A stretch of 62,028 nt of DNA, the filler included, from Choristocarpus tenellus KU-1152 (taxonomy: Eukaryota; Protista; Phaeophyceae), in NCBI GenBank assembly GCA_964200185.2. It is 11 parts of 11 records of this genome, joined end to end, with 100 filler letters (N's around TTAATTAATTAA, not from the genome) between each part and the next. Parts side by side here need not be neighbours in the genome. Positions count along the whole stretch, not along the records: positions 50,095 to 53,115 come from CAXNAD020022880.1; positions 53,216 to 56,444 come from CAXNAD020021396.1; positions 56,545 to 59,235 come from CAXNAD020025621.1; positions 59,336 to 62,028 come from CAXNAD020025603.1; 7 more parts are not named here. The stretch is one strand, 5' to 3'. The notes under the pieces are model-generated. The model did no database searches and was not told the origin of the DNA. It saw only the letters and a program-made list of their open reading frames with translations. Positions 50,201 to 62,028 of the stretch are shown here, piece after piece (position 1 is the stretch's first letter; every line of letters starts with the position of its first letter). A program made the position numbers and the translations under genes.

Positions 50201-53089
50201 TTGTTCTCTCTTTGGCGGGGGTTGTGTATGTATGCATGTGTGTGTGTGTGTGTGTGTTTGTGTTTATTTTGGTTTGGTTTGGTTTTGAGTGTTATCATGG
50301 TTTGTGATGAGGGAGAGAAATAGGGTTGCTGTTCAATCAGCTGTTTGGTGCGGTTCCTGCTTCTGTGGACAAAGTCGTTGACAGTATCTCTGGTATACCT
50401 TGTTCCGTCAGTAAAAAATGACAAATGCACTGTCCACCCCATGGTGTCAGGCAGAGAACGGGAAATTTGTTGGACAAGTCGATGGCCACCTAAAAGGGGC
50501 TCTACATTCATGTACCAATGTGGTGAAGGTGGCAATACATTCTCAGAATACACACCATCGTGTCATTCCAACTGTTTTTGTGGGGGGGTCTGTCTTTCTG
50601 ACGGTTTCTGACTGTTCGTGGTTTCACTCTTGGACGGGGTCAGGGACTATTAAGAGGAACAAAAGGTTGGTTTGCGACCATGATTTTGAATTGAGCGAAC
50701 AGGACTGCCTTGGCCCTGAGTCTCTCTCTGCATTTATCTCAGTCTTGGACTGGGAAAATGAACCCTAGGCAACCTAGGTCCCTGTCCCTCATGGGAGGTT
50801 ACCACAATGACAAATATTGATGTCTTGCAATGGTGGCGAAACATTGAGCTGTACTGTATGTGGTAGATTCTTCTATTTTTATTGTGTGTACAGGGGTTAC
50901 GTCTTTTCACCAGTGCCCCCATGCTTTCTTTTGCTGCAGTGTTTCCACCATTGTTTCGTCTGCAGAGAGGGAGGATGAACTAGCAAAGGCTCTGGGAGTG
51001 AGTAAGGGAAAGTCTTCACTCATAGTCATGAACGTGTAAGCGATCGTTTTTTTTTGTTGGGTCGTAAGGTAACCTCAAGTGCCTTAGGTTGCAATGCTTA
51101 GTGCGTTTTTGTCATGCTTTCTTTGATGTACAAGTAAATTGAAGGTAGATACTAGTATTATCATGTGCACAACAACCTGGACTACCATTCATTGTAGAAA
51201 GTTACCACATGCGGCATAGGTCAATGGGCACAATATTACTAGTATATTATTATTCTAACATGTGATAACAATAATGTGTTATGGTGGTGTTGATACATTG
51301 CAATTTCCTCGATGGTAGAACTCCAGGACTGCTCACAGTAGTACACAACGATTTAAGAATGAACCCTGCAAGTCAATACAGTTGAGAGGTGTCAAAACCC
51401 CGAAGAAGATGGGCTGTGTTGAGAAGGGTTCGATGCGACCATTATCTTGCTTGCTATGATGCTTAGTTCATCAGTTCATTTATAAAACAATCACTATTTT
51501 CTCTGCGGGGTGTTGATTGGTGATGATGTGTAGACCGCATCCTGCTGTATACTTGGTGACACAACAAGCCATCAATAATGTGTGCACCACGACTGCAAAT
51601 ATCATTAATATATCAAACCCCCTGTTGTCGGGATAAGTGTCATCCTAAGGCTAAATGTGAAGATAAATCGGTAAGATGTAGTACCACCAAAAAAGACCCA
51701 CTACAGAGGTGTCATCTCATGTTTTGTACTGGTAAGTTTCTGACTTCGTTGACAATAAACGGGCTCACTCATCATATCCATGGAAACTTGTATATTGTAT
51801 GCTGTTTTATACACTTGTCCATCTAGATCCAAGCAACAAGTTTGATTGTCAGAGTGGTAGTATATCTACATCTTGTTGTCATCACTTTCGAACAGTATGT
51901 TGCAGAAAGTTTTTATGATGGTCGTGATGATATATTGAGACTAGAAGAGAAGAAAAGGGGAGAGAAGGCAATCAATCATTCAGAGAGGAAAAGTGATGGC
52001 AAGGATTGTGCCAGCTGTGCCGTACCAGAATGTATGTTTCATCAGATGTGGTGGGGATAGGGAGTCCTTCAAAAGAAGTAATGTCGTGCAGAAAACCTTA
52101 GAGTTAGGTATGCACACTGAATGGAAGCGCAGGGGATATACACTGCCTGAGAAAAACAATAAAACAACCATAAAAAATAATAACAAAAGCAACAAAAAAA
52201 GGCAAAGAGGCGAGAGAGGAAAGAAAGGACAAGTACCTGCAACTAAATGCATATTGCCACCCACCAAAAACTTGAGTCGTATCAGGTCTATGGAGGCGAA
52301 AAAATGTCACTCACTACATGTCACTCATTACGCGTCACTCATTCCATGCCACTCACGGGAAACAAGGGGAAGAGAAGAAAACGAAAGGAAGGGATGCACA
52401 TCCTCGACCTTGGCATGAATAGGAATTTCAATAAAATTCTGTGACTATTTCCAAAAACATAAATCGAGATTTTCCAGAGGCAACAAATCACTCATTTTTT
52501 CGGGGGTCTCTCCTCCTCCCCCCCCAAAAGAAACCTAGAAAGAGATATTCTGAATGCTTACCCAGGGTACAGCATGCATTTTTGCAAGGCACACACAAAT
52601 ACTTTTTTTCCTAAGTTCCGAGATAAAGGAATTGCTAGCATTATAATCGTCACATCCTCCTCCTTCCTGCAGAGGCAGGTAAAAGAAGAAAGTCTGCCTC
52701 TGCACTTCCTTGGTGAAGGCTGTTGCTTGTCGACCCCACTTCCTCAGCATCCAGAGTATCCTGACTTCTTGCTGTATCACGGTCAGAATAGACTTCCTCT
52801 ACTCTGACACAGGCTGTAGACGTGCTGATGGTGCAAGGTGATGTTAGTGGCACCTGGTGTGGCCATCAATACATATAAGAACCGGAGACTTATTCTCTTT
52901 ACTATGTATGGTGCTTTTTTTAATGGTCAGCGCATGCATGGACAAAACAACTTACTCTTCTTAACCAACCTTAATCAAAATGATAACGTTCAGGATTGCA
53001 CTACCAGCTTCTTCCATTTTTTCATTATGATAGGATTACTGAAGTTGAAGTGCAACTCTCTCATACGGTGGTCATCTCCCTAACACTTT

Positions 53090-53115
53090 GACCTGAAGTA
53101 TCTGGGAGGGGGGGG
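53090..53115. mobile_element. MITE family B terminus at contig end
   Basis: GACCTGAAGTATCTGGGAGGGGGGGG. Confidence 0.7.
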
Positions 53116-55065
53116 NNNNNNNNNNNNNNNNNNNNNNNNNNNNNNNNNNNNNNNNNNNNTTAATTAATTAANNNNNNNNNNNNNNNNNNNNNNNNNNNNN
53201 NNNNNNNNNNNNNNNTCTCTGTCTCAATCCACCCCACCAAAAAAAAAAAAAAGTAAGATGAAAAGCAGAAATTCAATAAAATAATAAAAAAGAAAATACG
53301 GTGTAAGGAAACACAAAAATCAGGGTCTTCACGTAAAGTAACAAGCAGAACACAAAAAAATAAACAGCTCTCAATGATGGCAGGAGGCGACAGGCAGGGT
53401 CCTCAACAAAAGAGCCAGTGCATAACACAAACGAATTAGGATACACGAGGGTCACAAACAGACATACGAACACACAATATTGTCAACAGGGGGTCTTATT
53501 AACCCTAAAAAAACACACCCACACAACTGAATTGAAAAAATATACATCCCGATTCTTGTGTGTGACTGTGTGACTTAAGAAATAGTTAAATAGGGGTAGA
53601 TGGAGCAGAAAAAGGTTGTTAAATAGTTAATAGGTTGTGATCTATACCTCTTTATCTGAATAAGCTATTAAATTTATTGTAAATGCGTACGTAACACACA
53701 TTCCAAGGATTATTCTTGTACACGCATAGAATCACATCATCCTCTAAGGCCCTCTGAGCAACAAGAGCAAACCAGGCGCACTCAGACTATACTTTTGTCA
53801 AGCTGTACCCAATCAGAAGTGGGTTGTCAAATGAAAGGAGGTGCCGTTAAAATATATCTCAACAAGAAAACGCCTCCATCACCATGCGCAACAAAAACGT
53901 GAGTCTCTTCTATTTCACCAGAAAATAGTGTTCTGAATATTAGATTCAATTGAATCGAGATTTTAGTCGAAATTAAAAATGTAAGTGACATTTTTTCAGT
54001 TGGTTAATTACCGTGCAAATGCAAGCAATAGCCCTTTATACACCCTTTCATGTACAATACATTCCAAGTATATATATTATATAATAAAAATATATATATA
54101 ATAAAAATATGTAATACAAGTATATATATATATATATAAATATATATATATATTTCGACACAAACTCATGAACAGTTTATCTTTCGATTCACAACAACTC
54201 CAGCAAAAGAAATTTCCCCCAAAAAATAGAAATTTCCCCAACTAAACCGCAAACCCTATTTTCAAACCCCTCCTTGTCAAGGGGGACACTACCAACATCC
54301 AAAAAACATGCAGCAATTATCTATAACAAAACCAGACCTATGGTGACGTGCCATAAAAAAAAATCAAAGCGTACTTGGCAAGACAAGAATAATTTTGTGT
54401 CCCATTCAACTTGTCTCAGTCTCTTTAAGAGACACTTCTTCCTCTCCTGCCTATAAGGCAAACCCCTCCAAAGCAGTTGATCCTAAACAAAGTCCATATT
54501 ATACTCAAAATCAACAATAGAATACGCCTTTCACTCCAGGGAAAAAAAGTTGGGGGGGAGGTGGAAGGGGGTCATGGTGAAGGCAGTGAGCAATGCCCGT
54601 TCTACCTACTGTTCAGTATTGGAATTCAAGTACTAATCACTGATAATCCTTCAGTACTCTGTACTCACAACATGGTTTGTTACCCCTGTTGGTCTCATAA
54701 GAGCAACAGACACAATTCAAAATCAATAAAAATATTGTCACAAAAAAAATCTAGTACACTAGTTACAATAGCATAGTAGTATAGTATTTACAACAGGATA
54801 GTATTTACAATACACAGAAATAGAAACAATAAAAAATCATGATCCAGCGGGCAATATCTACTCTGTGGTATTTAATCATTGAACCTTGTTTCAATCCCCC
54901 CCCCTGCCCCTGCCCCTGCCCCTAAAATGCTTACTGGTGCCATTGTATACAAAAGGAAGCTTACCATCTGGACCTTCCTTGCACTTTGAGAAAACACACC
55001 TCAAAACACTTCACACGAGAGCCCTCTAACCTCCCCCCTCTCCAGCTTATCAATGTATCACTCAC

Positions 55066-55224
55066 CTCAACCCTTCCATCTGCATTGACAGCATCAATCA
55101 GCTTGTCCAAGTTCATGAACCAGGCCTCAGCTTGCTCAAAGCCGAAGTCCCCTCCCATCTGTAGCATCACGTCATCCCCAGCAGTGTTGCGACCAAGCTC
55201 CTGGGCGCCACGGAGCAAGAAAGA
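55066..55224 (-). CDS. Alpha-mannosidase (GH38, lysosomal/vacuolar type), single internal exon
   Basis: TAG|SFLLRGAQELGRNTAGDDVMLQMGGDFGFEQAEAWFMNLDKLIDAVNADGRVE|GTGAG; MG.DF...A..WF.NLDKLI..VN.DGR signature. Confidence 0.9.
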
Positions 55225-55722
55225 CTAAGATTAAAACAGAACGTCCACACGCTGTGCCCAGCACAACTCCCATCATCACACAACGCAAAGAACCCCCCGC
55301 CCCGAAGTTATTTTTGAAGCTATTTTTGAATTGTTCACATAACCGAAACATAAAAATATCACACTTGTTCTACCTGGAGTTATCAATTACAACAATAAAA
55401 TAATAATAATAATAATATGAAGAGTCTTCGATCTTGTTCCTCAGCATCATGCCCCTGGTGAACTGACTTACACAAAGGCGAGGGATAGAGAACATATCTG
55501 TACACAAACACACAAACACAAACACACACACACATAACCAGAGCACTCACCACCAGCACCAACCACCTCCATTTTCCCTGCAACTGCTATCAAACGGTGC
55601 TACTTAAGAACATAGAGTTATAACCCAAACCCTAACCCTACCCCTACCTACTGGTGTCTCCTAAAAAATAGCTTTGACATTCTTGGGAAGGATACCAAGT
55701 CGAGGCCCATCACAAACAACAG

Positions 55723-55753
<31 letters not shown>

Positions 55754-56123
55754 TCCCTTCTACCTATTTTTTTTTTCAACAACCGGGGAATGCAATCGCA
55801 ATTTGGCATCAATTCTTCTCAAATTTTATGTTGATTTTGTTCCCATTCTCTCCAACTCTTTTTTTCTTTTCTTCTCTTTTTTTCACATTTTTTTTCTTCC
55901 TCCCCCTTCACCGCGTGTTCCTCCATCAAACGGTCTCTCTCTTGGGAACAGTATATATATTTTTAATCTGGACTTCCGAACTGTCAACTATTATTTCTAT
56001 TTCTGTTCCTGTTACTTTGAGTACACTTTTTATAAAAAAATAATGAAACAAAAGAACAAAGTATAGCAGACCTCGTTTGTTCAGAAAGACAAGAGGCATG
56101 ACCCCAACAACAGCTACAACAAC

Positions 56124-56124
<1 letters not shown>

Positions 56125-56162
<38 letters not shown>

Positions 56163-56166
56163 ATAA
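56125..56166. repeat. (AAT)n microsatellite
   Basis: Direct reading. Confidence 0.9.
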
Positions 56167-56344
56167 TATCAAGAACAGCAATAGCAACAGCAACAATTAA
56201 TTATTCTAACAATCATAATTATAAAATATCGGATACAACTCCACGACATTTACAGAAAACCCTAATTTCCAAAATTAGGTCAGGAAAATTTCCCCATTTC
56301 CAAAGGCCAATAAATCGAAGGTGGATGATGTTCCCATGACACTT

Positions 56345-56438
56345 CCCAGTTAAGGTATACCCAGTTAAGGTATACCCAGTTAAGGTATACCCAGTTAAGG
56401 TATACCCAGTTAAGGTATACCCAGTTAAGGTATACCCA
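56345..56438. repeat. Perfect 15-bp tandem repeat, 6 copies (CCCAGTTAAGGTATA)
   Basis: Direct reading; ends at the contig edge. Confidence 0.95.
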
Positions 56439-56544
56439 CTTCAANNNNNNNNNNNNNNNNNNNNNNNNNNNNNNNNNNNNNNNNNNNNTTAATTAATTAA
56501 NNNNNNNNNNNNNNNNNNNNNNNNNNNNNNNNNNNNNNNNNNNN

Positions 56545-56769
56545 GGCGATAAGGACAGGGCCGGTCAAGGACGACGATGACCACCCTGGTGGAGGTGGAG
56601 GTGGAGGGTTTGCACGGGTGGAGAGGCCCGTCGTGAAGAAGGTGATCTATGCTCACTTGGTGAGCAGATTGGAACTTGAGGGGGGTCGTTACCGGCCTCT
56701 TTTTTCACTGTTTTGTGTGCGGACTGTGATTTGCTATGCGGGCATGGACTGTGTATGGGGTCTTCTTTC

Positions 56770-56800
<31 letters not shown>

Positions 56801-57061
56801 TCTTTCTGGCAGGTCGTTCATATGCTTAGGTTACACATGATTGAGCTGTCGCCCCAGCACATAGGCATGACTGCAAGGCTCTGCAAGAATCGGAACAGTT
56901 TCCATCTCCCCCACTGAGTTCGCTTCTTATCCGTCGTCCAACCTGTTTTTTCATCTGTGCGTTGTTGCCTTGCGTTTTGCTGGTGCCCTTTGAAACAGGC
57001 CTACACCAGCATGTTCGATGCAAGCAGCAGCGATGATGATCTCCTGAACGAACTCAAGTGA
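56545..57061 (+). CDS. 3' exons of an unidentified spliced gene (56545-56659, 56813-?, about 56999-57061)
   Basis: ..ARVERPVVKKVIYAHL|GTGAG, CAG|VVHMLRLHMIELSPQHIG, CAG|AYTSMFDASSSDDDLLNELK*; middle donor unresolved. Confidence 0.4.
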
Positions 57062-59181
57062 TTCATCTGGAGCTTCCTCGCCTCCCCTCCCCCAAGCTGG
57101 CTCGACTTAATCGAGCCTCTTCTTTTGGCTTCCTCCTGTTGTAGTCAAGCCACTGCGCATTGTGCCTAAAACTATTGTTTAACGTAAAAAGAATCTTTGC
57201 CGTAGATTTCGTTGTTGATGTGGTGGCGAATGTTATTTTTTATGTGGGCGAAGTGAGTCTGGAAACTGGCTCTCAAGTTCCGTGGAGAAGTGTGCTTCAT
57301 GTTTCACAGTTGAATCTGACGGATCTCTTATTAATAAAAAGTATGTTTGTGTATTTATTTTATTTGTGTGTTTTCTCGTTTTCTTGCTTGCCTGTTTGTA
57401 ATAGAGGGAACCGAGCACTGTGTCCACTTTGATGACTTAAAAAGTGTTTTGCATTATCTCCTTAGCCGATTTGTTCAAGCTTGGCCGGTTCCTGCTTTCT
57501 TACCACTTGCTCCTTTACAAGACCTTTTGCTGAACTGAGCATCCAATTGGACTGGGGACCTTGACTGGGGTCCAATCCCTTTAGTATGTCTGACGTCCCT
57601 GAATCGATTGTGTTCAAATATATTTTGTCAGGGAGGAGCGACAGTCATCTGTTCCCATTAAATTCTCCAAGTCTTCTACCAGGCATGTTCACACGCGTGT
57701 GACCATATCAGAAATGTTTTAACGCACCAGGCCAGCCGAGTCAGAAACATTAATCTCTTCTGCTCCGATTGTAATTTGAAAGTATCATCCCATTCAATCA
57801 TGTATTCTAGAAATGAATATGTAGAATTTGATACCAGTATGTAAATTTACTACTACTTGTAATGTAGAACGATACGATAATCGAATACGTCACAGTACAA
57901 GGTAGGAAATACTCATTTTGGAATTTTTGGAATTATTGTGCACTTTTATACTATTGCAGTGCAAGGTTGCAACTTGTTTCAGGTCTTGTTCTTTATTTCG
58001 GTTATATTGTTTTATTTCTGCTTTTTACTTTCAGTGTAGTTCAAGTCTGTGGTTGCTATTCTGCCATGTGATCTTATTCTCGTTGGTACTTAAAGAGTCA
58101 GTACACGATTGAGCCGTTTTGGGTCTATGTTCAGCGTTGTTTCGGAGGTATTTTTTTGCACATCATGTTGAAGTGATTTTTACGGAGTAGTAGTTGTGTT
58201 GGACATGCTCCTCTCTTTAAAGCTTCAGAACTTATTTTTTCGTGTGTGTTTTTTGGGTCTTAATGTGCTTAAGTAGTGTGCTTGTTTGCCGGTTGTCCAT
58301 GCGTTGTTTCCCACTGAATATATAGGATGCAGGTTTGCCAATGAAGAGTTCGTGGAACACATACCATCTGTGAATTATGGTTGGAATCGCCAAAATTTTC
58401 GCTTTATTTATTCGTAGCTTCTGCTTACGAAATGATTAAGTGTACTCGAAGTCTGCAAGTAATAGACAGTATAGAGCAGAAGTTCGCCTACCCAGCTTCC
58501 AGGAGGTATGTCTCCTCCAATTTTGCGCAGCACAACTACGAAGTGTTTGTCTATGAAACATGTGCATGCATTCCACATCCCTCTTGAGAATATGGAGTAC
58601 ATATTTTCCTTTCAGGGGATTATTACTCAACACTCACGGCATATCCTCTGAACACTTGTGGAAGTCTTATCATTACTGCACAAGAAGTCCTTCACAGCAA
58701 CTATATGGAAACAGGTTTGAGTAGTCGCTTTAGTGTATTCGCCTATGTTTGAGAGCCCTTCCATTTCGGCATTCTGGGATATTGTGGGAAAGAAGGGAGA
58801 AAATAAAAATATTTTTACACGTTCTAAAACAAAATGAAAATGCTTCGAACTTGGAGCGTTCCAATTTTTCGGGATATTTATGTTTCTCATCGGTGTCGAG
58901 GAAATCGACAATTGCACGGTTTAGGGAAAGTACAAGTTGCAGGTACAGAAGTGACTAAACAAAATTACGCCTCGTCTTCATCCAGTAGTAGACCCCTCAA
59001 TTTTTCACGCTCATCATCATGAGACTATTCAAAGTGAGAGGGTAGTGTCCTTGAGTTCTTCGACATCCCCTGAGTATGAGTATTCTCCTCTCCCTTTTTT
59101 GCATGATGTGCGAGTGCTCTCTTGCATGGTATTCCTTCAAACCGCAAACACACGCAGAAAACGCGAAGTCCATCGATTGCA

Positions 59182-59425
59182 GGCTCGAAGTATCTGGGAG
59201 GGGGGGGGGGTGGCGACTGTCCATTTGGGGCCAATNNNNNNNNNNNNNNNNNNNNNNNNNNNNNNNNNNNNNNNNNNNNTTAATTAATTAANNNNNNNNN
59301 NNNNNNNNNNNNNNNNNNNNNNNNNNNNNNNNNNNTGGATGGGTACTCACAATGCCCTTTTCCTGATTTTGGTCCAGATGGACACCCCAGCGGAGGCCCC
59401 CCCCCCCTCCCAGATACTTTGGGTC
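59182..59425 (+). mobile_element. MITE family B halves on both sides of a linker (59182-59235 and 59336-59425)
   Basis: Same orientation and collinear; outer flanks tgca / agca. Confidence 0.8.
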
Positions 59426-59543
59426 AGCACGTGACACAGAGTTACAGCAAAGATTGGATAACAGGGACTTGAGCATAAAACACATGTGAAAACAGTCATG
59501 CTAAGTAACGGTCATTCAGGAAAAATGAATCACGATCGTGTGG

Positions 59544-59694
59544 GTCTACACCAGGGTGTCCATTCGGGCCCTGACCAGGAGAAGTGAACTTACATTACCA
59601 ACCCAACGCATGCAACCAAATCACACAACAATAGCGACATGGAAAAATGGGCCCCAAATGGACAGCCGCCACCCCCCCTCAGATACTTTGAGCC
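59544..59694 (-). mobile_element. MITE family B, one end missing
   Basis: ...CCCCAAATGGACAGCCGCCACCCCCCCTCAGATACTTTGAGCC. Confidence 0.85.
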
Positions 59695-60091
59695 AGTCAC
59701 TCGCTTTTGCGGGGGCCAATTTTAAGTCAAGTTTGAAAATTTGAACAGAAATAGGCAGCTTATAAACAGTTCCAGAGAATGTATTTCTACTGCGAGGGTA
59801 AAACAAAAACGAGCACAAAACAAGAACTCCTCTACTTCCAATATGTCGTTCAATCCTCAGTACTCTATAATTGAAGTCAGACCACAACAAGAGGTGTGGT
59901 GAGCCTTCCTTGTCATGGAAGCAAAGTGTATGTAGTGAGGGGGTGAGTTAGGAGGCAATTTCGTGATCGGCAATGAAATACATCAACGAAGTGTGAATGC
60001 GGATTGGTTGAAAACACCTGTGTGTTGAACTTGAGTATCGAAAATAATGGTTTAAGGTTGTGGAATGTTCGATCAAGTGAGTTGAGAGCAT

Positions 60092-60271
60092 GGCTCAAAG
60101 TATCTGGGGTGGGTGGGGGGTATATAACAGGGTGTTCATTCGGGACCTGACCAGGAGAAGTGCACTTACATTATCCACCCAACGCATGCAACCAAAATCA
60201 CCCAGAAACCGCGACATTGGAAAATGGGCCCTGAATGGACAGCCGTAACTCCCCTCCCAGATACTTGAGCC
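60092..60271 (-). mobile_element. MITE family B, complete, TSD CAT
   Basis: cat|GGCTCAAAGTATCTGGGG...CCCAGATACTTGAGCC|cat. Confidence 0.9.
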
Positions 60272-61771
60272 CATGGTTAAACCAGGTTGTGAGGGTGTGA
60301 TGTGGGTGTAATCTGATCTTCAAATCCAGTCTCTGTCCCCATAAATGTTGTGAATACAATGTCGCCGATGAATTGGATTATGTTTGGAAATCCAATGCAA
60401 GACACACACAAATAATTTGTTCAACTGATATGCGAGCATGGGAGACCGTGGTCTTGAGTGAAGTTGTTATTGAGGGTAGCGGAGGATACAAATGTGAACC
60501 AAATACACTTTCGTAACCACCAAAAACTAATAATATTAACATTGAGGCATTACGACTTGATCACAGTAAGAAATTATGAGATATCCGAAGGTGGAAGCGA
60601 GAAGGAATGACCTATTTTAACAACCTTAATTCTTACTCAATCTCAGAACCATTGAAAATTATTCTCGCGTGTACCGACGGACTTGGTAGGCACAGAACCT
60701 GTAAGGATTTATGTAGGTAATTTCTAGTTCTACCTCTATTGATTAATTTCACTACTGGTGAAACATTTTGTCCACCGCTAACAATGACGTCTATTCTAGG
60801 AGATTATGTATCTCTCTCAATATAATATAGATATTCTGCATAGAGTATATTTTATTTTATATCGTTTTGGTGGATACATAGAAATTGACGTGTAACAACT
60901 TTTTGTGTGTAAAATGTAGTGTATCGGGTATGTGGTCTTATCTGATATTGTTTATCATATATAGCACTGAATGTTTTCTATTGATTCTAGTCATACACCA
61001 ATGGATTCGGCGAATCAGGTCTCATCTCGAATTTCTCCCTCATAGCATATATGTGGCTGCCACTTGTCCATTTGATCTACCTAAGCATCGTCCAAAACTC
61101 GTACATGCTAAACGTTCGAGTCTGTTATGTGATCCCCAGATTTTTTATAATAAAATATAACACATCTTATTGAATTTATTGATGATATCATGTAGCATAA
61201 GTGTCGGTGTAAGGGAGAATTGAGTAGAAGTAAGCGAGAGGTACCCAGAGTTGCATTCTAAAGATGTCACCAAATATGTGTAAAATTAGTTTTTTTTACC
61301 AATGTGCACAGGGTGTTGTCCGAATTATATCAAAAAATTTCAAACAAAGAGAAATCAATCCTCTCAAGTCAAACTTAGCATTTCATTCACAGAGATACGG
61401 ATGAATCTCAAAGATTGAAAAAACGACGTAGATCGCAAAATGCTCAAAGCCTTGGAATCTCTCGTCTACTTTGACCTCATTTCAAGCTGCAAGGATTTTG
61501 TGAAGACAGGCACCAGTTATCCCTCATACTGGTCTGGTTGCACTATTGATACAGGGACGCTCCAGAGGCTCACCTCCACAGGATGTGTAGCTCCAATCCA
61601 CAGACCTATAGATGACACTGATGCTCACACAAGGCTCTCAGGATACTCCGACAGTCAAAGGGGTCCAATCCACAAGTTAACGAAAGTCAGCTCAGCAGAA
61701 CAGGGGTACTCTTAATGAATCAAAAAGCATATGAATGTGTGTCGGTATCAGTTAAGAGTGATCTTAGGTGT

Positions 61772-61869
61772 GAGCCAAAGTATCTTAGAGGTTAGAGACA
61801 CGTCCATTTGGGGGTCAAAATCCAATGTTGTGATTTTGATCTAATTTTGGCCATCGTGTTTTTTAGGAA
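61772..61869 (-). mobile_element. MITE family A (reverse orientation), interrupted by MITE-B
   Basis: GAGCCAAAGTATCTTAGAGG..GTCCATTTGGGGGTCAAAATCCAATGTTG..TTTTGAT. Confidence 0.88.
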
Positions 61870-62028
61870 GGCTCAAAGTGTCTGGGAGGGAGTGGCGGCT
61901 GTCCATTTGGGAGCAATATTTTCATGTCTCGATAATTGGGTGATTTGGTTCCTTACGTTTGATGGATAATGAAAGTGCACTTTTCCTGGTTTGGTCCAAA
62001 TGGACAATCTGGTGTAGATCCCCCCCCC
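61870..62028 (+). mobile_element. MITE family B nested in MITE-A, runs off the window
   Basis: GGCTCAAAGTGTCTGGGAGGG..GTCCATTTGG..CCAAATGGAC..gtagatcccccc. Confidence 0.88.

Noticed and set aside
50320-53080. Several 60-170 aa ORFs
   Set aside because: No recognisable motifs and no consistent exon chain
1-62028. Fanzor/TnpB, giant-virus (phaeovirus) or Polinton genes
   Set aside because: No RuvC/zinc-finger, capsid, polB or packaging-ATPase motifs recognised in any frame; highly decayed copies cannot be excluded without HMM searches

Overview
Eukaryotic, repeat-rich draft-assembly sequence, most likely from a photosynthetic stramenopile such as a brown alga. That assignment is an inference from short exons in long GT-AG introns, TTAGGG repeats and a putative bipartite plastid-targeting N-terminus. 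The window is 11 pieces joined by ten identical artificial linkers (N44-TTAATTAATTAA-N44). Host genes, all partial and spliced: a small heat-shock protein (4 exons, minus strand), an organellar RecG helicase 5' part (at least 5 exons, minus), a coiled-coil protein (6 exons, minus), one GH38 alpha-mannosidase exon and a few unassigned exons. Most of the rest is transposon debris. There are four mariner relics, two with both TIRs and one showing the exact DD39D spacing, plus a Ty3/Gypsy RNase H remnant and a probable LINE fragment. Two abundant MITE families (A about 260 bp, B about 180 bp) share a terminal core (G-N4-AAAGTATCT) and a subterminal GTCCATTTGG motif and make variable 3-4 bp target duplications. 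The most interesting candidates are: (i) a degenerate Sola-like transposase N-terminus head-to-head with a ParB/Srx-like gene across a 265-bp repeat array, possibly related to the source of the MITEs; (ii) repeated nesting of MITE-A in mariner relics; (iii) two long intronless low-complexity ORFs, one with a textbook PAM2 motif, that may belong to an uncharacterised element family. No rRNA, tRNA or CRISPR array was found. All protein assignments come from recognising motifs by eye, not from database searches.
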